Shown here: piece after piece, positions 45,819 to 53,497 of the stretch
Numbering within the stretch: position 1 is the first letter of the stretch
Layout: every line of letters begins with the position of its first letter
From: Dehalococcoidia bacterium
GTDB taxonomy: Bacteria; Chloroflexota; Dehalococcoidia; Lucifugimonadales; Lucifugimonadaceae
DNA: 64,000 nucleotides
Direction: 5' to 3'
Assembly (NCBI GenBank): GCA_965243825.1
Contig: CBDEVT010000002.1
Coordinates: 107,226 to 171,225, forward strand
Program-made: the position numbers and the translations under genes
Notes under the pieces: model-generated
The model's input: only the letters and a program-made list of their open reading frames with translations
Databases searched by the model: none
What the model was told of the DNA's origin: nothing

Positions 45819-47129
45819 TTAGTGTTGCGCCTCCGTCTGAGCGCCGTGTTCTTCATGCTCATCATGGTCGCCATGTTCGTGCGCTATGACCGCCAGCGCA
45901 CCGAACATGAGGGTTAGTACTGAGAAAATTGCCGCCTGGATAACGCCGACAAACAACTCCAGTCCGAGGAACGGGATCAGTCCGATCAACGGCAGCAGGA
46001 AGCCCATCGCTATAAGCAGCACTTCGCCGGCGAACATGTTTCCAAATAGACGGAACGTGAACGAGATGATCTTGACGAACTCAAGGAAGAGTTCGAGCGC
46101 ACCGAGGGCTGCACCGATCGGGTCTTTAATAGGATTGATGATGAACTTGCCTGCGTAACCGGTGAATCCGAGTGTCTTGAATCCCCAGAACTGCACGCTG
46201 ACCATCGCAAATATGGCGATCGCAAGAGTCGTGTTCAGATCCGTGCTGGCACCGCGCAGGAAGGGGACAAGGATCCCGAGACGGCCGTCGTCTACGTCTT
46301 GGACAGTCCATTCCTGTTCTTCGTCGGGTTCGACGCCCGGCAAGATACCCGGCTCCTCGACCTGGTGAATGAAATCTTCGATTTCTTGATCACTGTGGAA
46401 ATCGGCCGGAAGCTCCACGATCTGTTCAAGCCGCACCTTCCACTGCTCGCCACGACCTGGGTTGATGAATCCAACTCCAGATTGACCGGAGAAGATGACG
46501 AATCCATCTGATCCGTGCTCTGCAAATACGATCTCGAGCGCTTCTTCAACGTGATGGTCATCTTTGTAGGTGCGGACGAACTCTACGAAGCCTTTCTTCT
46601 TAAGGTCCTTAGCGAGCCCGCCTTGCCCCTCGGCCTTCAGCTCTTTCTTGAGCTTCAGGACCATGAACTCTTCAACGGTCTCAATTCGGCCAATGTTAGT
46701 GACACCGGGGATCGTACCGAGCCAGTTAGAGAAGAGAACGCCGAGGAAGATTGCTGTGACGACTGGAAGGAACATGCGACCTTTGCGGCCGCCACCTACG
46801 GACTCAGCGAGGTTTGTGAAGAACTCGTAGAAGGTCTCGAACAGGTTCTGCCACCTGCCGGGAACGTCCTTCATGTTTCGAGTAGCCAGGAATATCAGGA
46901 CAAAGATCACGAGGATCGCCAGCCAGAACATCACGTAGGTGTTCATCAGCTGGTAGCTGCCGATCTCTACGATGTACTCAGCTGGTAGCTGGATTAGTGG
47001 GATCGGGCCGCCGAGGAATCCTAGTCCGAACGATGCACCAAGTGCACCACCCGCCACTGAGATAACCATCACCGCCAATACGATGACGGCAGCGAGAAGA
47101 AGTTTGGGGTTCGAGGTTAGTTTCCCCAA
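45819..47129 (-). CDS. atpB: Fo ATP synthase subunit a, with ~145-aa soluble insertion and His-rich C-terminal tail
   Basis: Conserved 'SNWLGTIPG', 'STDLNTTLAIAI' and 'RLFGNMFAGE' (essential Arg). 436 aa, versus about 230-290 remembered as typical. The tail is 'HEHGDHDEHEEHG'. Confidence 0.93.
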   Translation of the reverse strand: MGKLTSNPKLLLAAVIVLAVMVISVAGGALGASFGLGFLGGPIPLIQLPAEYIVEIGSYQLMNTYVMFWLAILVIFVLIFLATRNMKDVPGRWQNLFETFYEFFTNLAESVGGGRKGRMFLPVVTAIFLGVLFSNWLGTIPGVTNIGRIETVEEFMVLKLKKELKAEGQGGLAKDLKKKGFVEFVRTYKDDHHVEEALEIVFAEHGSDGFVIFSGQSGVGFINPGRGEQWKVRLEQIVELPADFHSDQEIEDFIHQVEEPGILPGVEPDEEQEWTVQDVDDGRLGILVPFLRGASTDLNTTLAIAIFAMVSVQFWGFKTLGFTGYAGKFIINPIKDPIGAALGALELFLEFVKIISFTFRLFGNMFAGEVLLIAMGFLLPLIGLIPFLGLELFVGVIQAAIFSVLTLMFGALAVIAHEHGDHDEHEEHGAQTEAQH

Positions 47130-47171
47130 TTGTCCCTGACTTGCCCTTTTTCTGGCCCATGAGGACCGTTG

Positions 47172-47465
47172 TCAGCGCTTTGTGCGCTTTTTGCCGACTG
47201 CATTGAGCAGTCTGATCATGCCGACGAAAGCCGCCACCACCCCCAACAACAATCCCGTTAAAAGCAGTGCTGGCTCTGTGCCGAACTGCCTGTCGAGCAG
47301 CCAGCCTGCACCTATCCCTGCGCCGATGCTGCCCACAACATACCAGCCAATGCCCGATATGCGGGCCAGCAATAGGGCAGTTTCCTGCCAATCGCCAGCT
47401 TGCGAAGCGTTACCGTCTCGTCTGTCGTCGCCGTTTTCGTCTTTCGGACTCAGGCGCTCAGACAC
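47172..47465 (-). CDS. atpZ: AtpZ/AtpI-family small membrane protein
   Basis: Two TM helices 'GIGWYVVGSIGAGIGAGWLLDRQFGTEPALLLTGLLLGVVAAFVGM', first gene of the atp operon. GTG start after GAGG. Confidence 0.8.
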   Translation of the reverse strand: MSERLSPKDENGDDRRDGNASQAGDWQETALLLARISGIGWYVVGSIGAGIGAGWLLDRQFGTEPALLLTGLLLGVVAAFVGMIRLLNAVGKKRTKR

Positions 47466-47712
47466 GGCTCAACCTCGTCTGAAATCGTCGAGTGTGAACA
47501 ATATCACAAATGGAATCCCGCGCCAACCAGAACGCTGCGGATTTCGTAATCAGATTGGGATCTGTTGTGACCCAACGGCATCCAGACGACTGCGAAACGC
47601 ATCTACTTAACCGACGCTTTCTTCCGCAGCGGAATATCTCATCTCTCCGGCGCCTAGGCAAGAGGGAAATCCGTGTAACAGAACTCTGACCGACGGATAA
47701 ACTGAACCATTC

Positions 47713-48006
47713 ATGCAGCTATTGATCACAGAAAAAGCTCGAGAAAACCTGGGCAAGCGCCAGCGGCCGGTAGCACTCGATTACCTTGATGCCATCGGTT
47801 GAGGCGGTCACGCCAGGGTGTCGGTCGACACTTACGCTCGAAAATCAAACCTTAGCGCTTATCGCAGAGTGCGAGATCAAGGCGTTGAGTTGCTCGTTTC
47901 CAAGGCCCTTGCGGCCAGAGCGGTTGCTCTCCTTATAGAGGAGAAAGGATTTCTCTGGTTCAAATGGCTTGCTGTACGTGCCCAACTGGCAGGTCATCAC
48001 ACCTGA
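47713..48006 (+). CDS. Candidate selenoprotein: small HesB/IscA-like protein with in-frame UGA (codon 30)
   Basis: ATG 47713, then 29 codons 'MQLLITEKARENLGKRQRPVALDYLDAIG', TGA at 47800-47802, then the same frame stays open for 67 more codons to 48006. A SECIS-like hairpin lies 13 nt downstream of the UGA. The 'G-U-G-G' context mirrors the 'GCSG' of A-type carriers. Confidence 0.5.
47816..47833 (+). promoter_or_regulatory. Putative bacterial SECIS hairpin
   Basis: GGGUGUC-GGUC-GACACUU: a 7-bp stem including two G-U pairs with a GGUC apical loop, starting 13 nt after the UGA. From memory, the geometry and loop resemble the E. coli fdhF SECIS (GGUC apical loop, about 11 nt spacing). Confidence 0.45.
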
Positions 48007-48188
48007 AGCCACTGATCTGGTTCCACCGTGGGTGGACGAATTTTTGAAATGGCCACTGGAATGTTGAGTCAACACAGCGCCTAACCGATCTGGTGGTCGT
48101 AGCATCAAATTGACGTCAGGCATCAACTCGTACCGCCCTCCTTTCGCCATCGTGTCGCGATAGAAAGCCAACAAGACAGGAACATCAA

Positions 48189-49685
48189 GTGACCTCCACA
48201 CGAGATCAGGCGTCGATGCCCGGTCAAAAGCGGGTAATGAAAACCGCTGACTCGGTCTTCTACGAGTTGACCCGAACGATGTGTCCCGAGTGCAAGACGA
48301 TCATCAACGGCGAGATTCACCTGAAAGACGGTCAGGTGATTATGCGAAAGCGCTGCACTAAAGGATGTTTTGGCGGTAAGACGTTGGAGGTGCTGGTTTC
48401 CCCGGACGCTGAGGGATACATAAACAGCCTGAAGTACAACAAACCCGGCACCATTCCGCTTGAGTTCAGTACCGAAATCAAGGACGGATGCCCGTATGAC
48501 TGCGGCCTCTGCCCGGACCACAAACAACACGCATGCCTCGTTCTCATCGAAGTCAATACGGCCTGCAACCTGGCGTGCCCAACCTGCTTTGCTGATGCCG
48601 GCCCCGGTTACAACATAACGTTGGATGAATGCGAAACGATGCTAGACACGTTCATTCGCACCGAAGCAGATCCTGAGTCGGTCCAGTTTTCCGGTGGGGA
48701 ACCGACCCTACATCCTCAGTTGTTCGAAATGATGAAGATGGCGAAAACCAAAGGTATTCGTCACATCATGGTGAATACCAACGGTCTGCGAATCGTGCGC
48801 GACCCTGAGTGGGCGGAACAGTTCGCCGCGCTCGATCCAACGATCTACTTTCAGTTCGATGGACTGCGCGACGAAACCTACGTGAAGCTGCGGGGCGAGC
48901 CTCTGCTCAAAGAGAAATTCCAGGTACTCGATAGGCTTGCAGACTTTGGACTCAACACGATTCTCGTCGCAGCGATCGAACGTGATGTGAATGAAGATGA
49001 AATCCCCGCCTTAATCAATTTCGGACTTGAGCACGAGGCTGTTCGAGCAGTGATGTTTCAACCTGTGACCCACACGGGGCGTCACCTGGAGTTTGACCCG
49101 ATGAACCGGGTAACCATTCCTGAAGTGATTGAGCGCATTGACCAGGGCACTGACGGGAAGTTCGTTAAGTCAGACTTCGTGCCGGTGCCATGCTGCCATC
49201 CGGGCTGCCAGTCGATCACATACGCCTACGTTGACGATGACGGTTCGATCACACCGCTTCCTCGAATAGTTGATGTGGATGAGTATCTTGACTACATCAC
49301 AAACAGGGCAATGCCGGAGTTGACTGAGGATGTGAAAGGCGCACTTGAAGCTCTGTGGTCATCGTCAGCGACGCCAGGTTCCGACAAAACTTCAGACAGC
49401 TTTTGCGCTGCGTGTGGCGATATCTCTCTTCAAGGGTTCAGACACAGTGACATAGCAAAGCACCTCTTTTCGATCAGCATCAAGGACTTCCAGGATCCGT
49501 ACACGTTCGACATCAAGAAACTGATGAAGTGCTGTGTGGAGATCGCGACGCCCGATGGGCGGCTGATCCCTTTCTGCTCGTACAACAATGTGGGATATCG
49601 GGAACAGGTGCGCGATGAGATGGTGAAACAGAGAGCCAGGGAACGGATTGAACGTATCTCTCTCTCGAAGGTGGATCACACTTGA
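48189..49685 (+). CDS. Radical SAM enzyme of the MJ0619 / tetraether-lipid-synthase (Tes, GDGT-MAS)-like family
   Basis: N-terminal zinc ribbon 'CPECK...(17)...CTKGC', 'GCPYDCGLCPDHKQHAC', and radical SAM 'CNLACPTC' (CX3CX2C). 'FSGGEPTL', further Cys clusters 'VPCCHPGCQ', 'CAACGD' and 'KCCVE...FCSYN'. 498 aa. Confidence 0.75.
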   Translation: MTSTRDQASMPGQKRVMKTADSVFYELTRTMCPECKTIINGEIHLKDGQVIMRKRCTKGCFGGKTLEVLVSPDAEGYINSLKYNKPGTIPLEFSTEIKDGCPYDCGLCPDHKQHACLVLIEVNTACNLACPTCFADAGPGYNITLDECETMLDTFIRTEADPESVQFSGGEPTLHPQLFEMMKMAKTKGIRHIMVNTNGLRIVRDPEWAEQFAALDPTIYFQFDGLRDETYVKLRGEPLLKEKFQVLDRLADFGLNTILVAAIERDVNEDEIPALINFGLEHEAVRAVMFQPVTHTGRHLEFDPMNRVTIPEVIERIDQGTDGKFVKSDFVPVPCCHPGCQSITYAYVDDDGSITPLPRIVDVDEYLDYITNRAMPELTEDVKGALEALWSSSATPGSDKTSDSFCAACGDISLQGFRHSDIAKHLFSISIKDFQDPYTFDIKKLMKCCVEIATPDGRLIPFCSYNNVGYREQVRDEMVKQRARERIERISLSKVDHT

Positions 49686-50206
49686 CTGTCAAACCGATAG
49701 TTCTGCCACCGGCTGAGATTCATGTCCACTCAGATCGTCGGCTCGCTTTCCAGGTGCTCACCGCGTTCGGTTCCGGAGATTCGGAGACAGGAATACCCCG
49801 CCCGAAGGTGTTGGAAGACAGAGGCGATAGAAAACTCGTCGCCTTTCATACCCCTATCAAGTTGCTGGGGCGCAGCATTGTGTTTCCAACCAACGAGTGG
49901 GTGACGCTGAACGAACCGGAACAAATTGACTTCAGACTGGTTCCCGGCACGGGGCCGATAACCGGTGGGCTGAAGCTTTTAGAAGATCGATTTACGTTGG
50001 AGGACCGCAAGGGCTGCACCCTTCTCAGGTACGAGAGTACATTTGGCATCCGGTGGTCGTGGCCTGGCTGGATCCTGGGCAAACTGCTTTTTGCTCCGGT
50101 GCTGCGTTCATTTATGCAGGAGCATCTGGATGAAGTGAAGATCACGATCGAGGACCGGGCAAAGAGGAGCCGGGTCTTCCCCCAGGTAGAGAGCTGTTCC
50201 GGTTAG
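49682..50206 (+). CDS. SRPBCC (START/polyketide-cyclase-like) ligand-binding protein
   Basis: 174 aa with a beta-rich pattern and a long C-terminal helix. TTGA overlap with the radical SAM stop suggests translational coupling. Confidence 0.55.
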   Translation: MTVKPIVLPPAEIHVHSDRRLAFQVLTAFGSGDSETGIPRPKVLEDRGDRKLVAFHTPIKLLGRSIVFPTNEWVTLNEPEQIDFRLVPGTGPITGGLKLLEDRFTLEDRKGCTLLRYESTFGIRWSWPGWILGKLLFAPVLRSFMQEHLDEVKITIEDRAKRSRVFPQVESCSG

Positions 50207-50255
50207 GCAATGGCCGGAATCTTCGAAGAACGACACAAAATCGGAAAGGAGAGTT

Positions 50256-51071
50256 ATGACACTGAACGAAAATGTACCCGCGGTGTTCGATGAGAACTCA
50301 GTCGCGGCATGTTGCACGACTCTCTACTCTCATCCGCTGGCATCCTGGCTTATGGGCGAATCATTGCATCCCGGTGGACTTGCTCTCACCGACCGATTGG
50401 CTGACATCTCCGGTATAGGCATCGATAGTCGCGTGCTTGATATTGGCAGTGGTCACGGCTCATCCGCCCTACACCTTGCTGCGACGCGCGGTTGTGAAGT
50501 TGTCGGGGTAACGCTCGAGGCTGAGGGAACTGCATCTGCGCGAAGGCGTGCTGATTTGCAGGGGCTAGAGGATGCTGTTGAGTTCATACAGGCTGATGTT
50601 CAGGAGTTCGCACTCGAGCCAGATCGTTTCGATGCGGTTCTTATGGAGTGCGTCTACTCAACGCTAGACCGAAAGGCCCGCACGCTCAAACGAATTCACG
50701 AGATGTTGCCCGTGGGAGGACGCCTGGCTCTGTCTGATGTGACCGTGGAGGGGCAACTTCCGCATGAACTCCAGGGGATAGTCGCCAGCGCACTGTGCAT
50801 CGGAAACGCACTCAATCACCACGACTATGTTGATCTTGTTCACGATGCCGGATTCGAAATAATTGCAGCTGAAGACGTTAACCACGTTGCAGTTGAATTC
50901 GTTGAGAAGTTGCGGACCGCATTGATGATGGCCGAAGCCGCAGTTGGACTCGGCAAGCTGGACGTTAGCCGAGATTCGATTCGTGAAGTACGCGGGCATG
51001 TACGAATGGCCCAGGCAGCAATTCACGAGGGAATGCTCAGCTACAGCATTGTCGTCGCGCGGAAACCGTAG
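50256..51071 (+). CDS. Class I SAM-dependent methyltransferase, ArsM/AS3MT-like arrangement of cysteines
   Basis: Motif I 'VLDIGSGHG'. 'ECVYSTL...GGRLALSDVTVEGQLPHEL...ALCIGNAL' parallels ArsM 'SNCVINL...GGRFAVSDVV..GEIPEAL...VGCLAGAL'. An N-terminal 'AACC' pair is also present. Confidence 0.7.
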   Translation: MTLNENVPAVFDENSVAACCTTLYSHPLASWLMGESLHPGGLALTDRLADISGIGIDSRVLDIGSGHGSSALHLAATRGCEVVGVTLEAEGTASARRRADLQGLEDAVEFIQADVQEFALEPDRFDAVLMECVYSTLDRKARTLKRIHEMLPVGGRLALSDVTVEGQLPHELQGIVASALCIGNALNHHDYVDLVHDAGFEIIAAEDVNHVAVEFVEKLRTALMMAEAAVGLGKLDVSRDSIREVRGHVRMAQAAIHEGMLSYSIVVARKP

Positions 51072-51250
51072 ACCCGACATATGGTTGCCGCAAACCGGTT
51101 CGAATCCGCAGGACGCATGATCATGCGTTAGTGAGTTTTGTTTCAGCGATACCGTCTCGATGCCATAACTCCGTGCGGCCGGCTTACAGGAATTAATCCC
51201 GGTCCGAGCATTCGTACACGGTCACATCTTCCGACCCAAGTAGCTAGTGG

Positions 51251-51865
51251 TTACTCGAGTTGGCCAACCTTTCGCCAATCTCCCGCTGCGACCGCCCTCC
51301 GAATCTCTCCCGCTTCCCGGCTGAAGTGAGTCGCGACGACGAAAATGCTCAATGCCACACAAAAGGCGACGATCTCACCACGAATCCCTGCCAGCCAGGT
51401 GATCAGGTTAAGGGCGATGATCCCTGCTCCAAACGCCCACACCCAGCTCCTGGTGGCCCAGAAAGTGACGAACACAAATGGTGCTGCAGCCCACGAGAGT
51501 ATCGGCATCATGCCAACAGATATGCCGAATATGATCGCCACGCCTTTGCCACCGGCAAACCCGATGTAAGGCGACCAGTTATGCCCGACCGTTGCTGCCA
51601 GTGCTCCGGCGAAGAGACCGATATCCGACAGGTCCATCAACAGGCCTGCAACTATCACGACGGTACCCTTGAGGCCGTCGAGCGCGAGTACCGCAACTCC
51701 GTAGCGCCAGCCGAGTGAGCGAAACGCATTGACTGTTCCTACGTTGCCGTTGCCTGTCTCACGAATATCGACACCGGTACGTCTGCCAGCGATGTATGCG
51801 AATGGAATCCCACCGACTAAATATGCAGTAACTGCGTAAGCGGTGATGATGATGGCGTCTAGCAT
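51251..51865 (-). CDS. plsY: Glycerol-3-phosphate acyltransferase (acyl-phosphate dependent)
   Basis: 'GGIPFAYI...GNGNVGTVNAFR...LDGLKG', polytopic, 204 aa. Confidence 0.9.
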   Translation of the reverse strand: MLDAIIITAYAVTAYLVGGIPFAYIAGRRTGVDIRETGNGNVGTVNAFRSLGWRYGVAVLALDGLKGTVVIVAGLLMDLSDIGLFAGALAATVGHNWSPYIGFAGGKGVAIIFGISVGMMPILSWAAAPFVFVTFWATRSWVWAFGAGIIALNLITWLAGIRGEIVAFCVALSIFVVATHFSREAGEIRRAVAAGDWRKVGQLE

Positions 51866-51958
51866 GAATATCCCGGCTCACTTATCGGGTGGGTTGCCAA
51901 TGCCGCTTTAGGCCGGTGAACAGATGCCTCTTTCAAACCTGTCCGGAAAGTGAAATTC

Positions 51959-52822
51959 TCAAAGGCCGACAGACATGATCTCTTCCGCATAGATCACCTC
52001 GCCGGAAAAGACTTCTCTGATATCACCCAGGCCCTTCTCCAGTGGACCGTGCTGAGAGATGTTCGGGCCCATGTGTACGAGGATCAGTTTCTTGACACCG
52101 GCCTCTTCAGCCATGCGGGCTGCACCAGTTGTTCCTGTCTGTCCCAGGTGTTCGCCATCGGCGTCCATCTCGTCCTGGTCGTCCCAGCACATGGAAATCA
52201 ACACATCCGCATCTTTAGCAAGATCCACAACTGAGTCACAGGGCTGTGTGTCGCCCGTGAACACAACCGACTTTCCGCCCTTCGCTTCAAAGCGGTAAGC
52301 GAGCGAGTCGAGATACGGCTGGACGTGCTCAGCTGGAGCCGCGTTAACTTCCCACTTGTCAGCAGTGAATACGTGACCGGGACCAACGTCGGTTGCCCTG
52401 ATGTCTGGTTTAGGACGCGGCAGCGTTCCGCCGCGATTCACATAGACCTGCTGGCTAACCGGATGGTAAACGCGGGCTTTCCAATCGTGGGAAAAAATTC
52501 CGTCGTCTCCAATCACGCCTTCCGTAATCTTCTCGGTCAGAGTTGGGCCGAATACTTGCAACTGGTTCTCTTTACCAATGCTCTGATCCCAGCGGCAGAG
52601 CAGAAAGCATGGATAGTCGATGTCGTGGTCGAAGTGGTGGTGGGTGAAGAAAAGGTGATCGATATCCGTTGGCCAGAGACCGGCCTTCACAAGTTTGTGT
52701 GTTGCCGCCGGGCCACAATCGAGCATGATCTTCTCGCCATCAATATCCAGCACGAATGCAGACCCGAACCGAGTTGGGGTCGGGGTAGGTGTTCCAGCTC
52801 CAAGCACATAGAGTTTCGGCAT
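51959..52822 (-). CDS. MBL-fold metallo-hydrolase
   Basis: 'LFFTHHHFDHDID' (HxHxDH), 287 aa. Confidence 0.85.
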   Translation of the reverse strand: MPKLYVLGAGTPTPTPTRFGSAFVLDIDGEKIMLDCGPAATHKLVKAGLWPTDIDHLFFTHHHFDHDIDYPCFLLCRWDQSIGKENQLQVFGPTLTEKITEGVIGDDGIFSHDWKARVYHPVSQQVYVNRGGTLPRPKPDIRATDVGPGHVFTADKWEVNAAPAEHVQPYLDSLAYRFEAKGGKSVVFTGDTQPCDSVVDLAKDADVLISMCWDDQDEMDADGEHLGQTGTTGAARMAEEAGVKKLILVHMGPNISQHGPLEKGLGDIREVFSGEVIYAEEIMSVGL

Positions 52823-53111
52823 TCTCGTCTCTTTCCGTGATGGTCGGTTCGACCGATGAAATTACGCTGGCAGTCCAGCAAGTCCTCCGGAAATCTACTT
52901 GTTGGTTCCAAGGTGAGCAAACTTGCCACAGTCACAATTCGCTTATCAGCCGGCCTGCCATTACAACTGAGTTATGAGGAACCTGCTTAAAAACACGGAA
53001 ACCGGTTGCAAATTTCGCTTGGTTAGGCGTCAGGGGTTGCGGATATCGTGCGCCCAATTTCATCAAGAGTGCGAAATCGCTTGCGCACCCCTTAGCCGCC
53101 GGAGGCCATCC

Positions 53112-53396
53112 ATGCTGTATTTCAATTCATGTCCTCGTTGCAAGACTGGAACTGTCCAGCTTGAATCTGATTTCTTCGGCAGCTATCTATCTTGTCTCAA
53201 CTGCGGCTTCGAGAAGAGCGCTGCATCTGTACGCAAACTCGACTACGAGGAGATGCAACGTGAAGCCGAAGAGGCCGCCGCAGTTGCCGTCGTGACCGTC
53301 GAGGCGGAAGACTCAAGCGATGAAGGCGAAGACATCTACGAGGATCTCGACGCCGATGAAGACGAGCTAATGGAGCTTGAGCGCGCTGCTGGCTAG
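53112..53396 (+). CDS. Small zinc-ribbon protein with acidic C-terminal tail
   Basis: 'CPRCKTG...(17)...CLNCG' then an Asp/Glu-rich tail. ATG 53112 is preceded by GGAGG (53101-53105). The track start at 52974 is an over-extension. Confidence 0.6.
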   Translation: MLYFNSCPRCKTGTVQLESDFFGSYLSCLNCGFEKSAASVRKLDYEEMQREAEEAAAVAVVTVEAEDSSDEGEDIYEDLDADEDELMELERAAG

Positions 53397-53434
53397 CATC
53401 AGTCACCCACTTCGCCAATCCGCTTGCTTTGCAT

Positions 53435-53480
53435 GATCGGTTCCCCCAACATTCCCCGGGGAACCGATCTTTTGTTTTTT
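53435..53480 (+). terminator. Intrinsic terminator
   Basis: GATCGGTTCCCC...GGGGAACCGATC (12-bp stem) followed by TTTTGTTTTTT. Confidence 0.8.
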
Positions 53481-53497
53481 CAGAACCGGAGCAGGAT

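Noticed and set aside
47845-48201. 118-aa minus-strand ORF between the Sec-ORF and the radical SAM gene
   Set aside because: It is antisense to the candidate selenoprotein frame and to the radical SAM start, with no RBS or motif. The plus-strand reading is better supported.
51090-51112. tRNA-like T-loop 'GGTTCGAATCC'
   Set aside because: The flanks give only a 3-bp T-stem, and no acceptor, D or anticodon arms can be drawn. It is neither a tRNA nor a convincing tRNA-derived att site.
52974-53111. 46-codon extension of the zinc-ribbon ORF
   Set aside because: There is no RBS, and the internal ATG 53112 has GGAGG at ideal spacing.
53429-53497. TTG start of the M28 peptidase ORF
   Set aside because: It lies inside the 12-bp-stem terminator of the upstream gene. 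GTG 53498 has a GGAG RBS.
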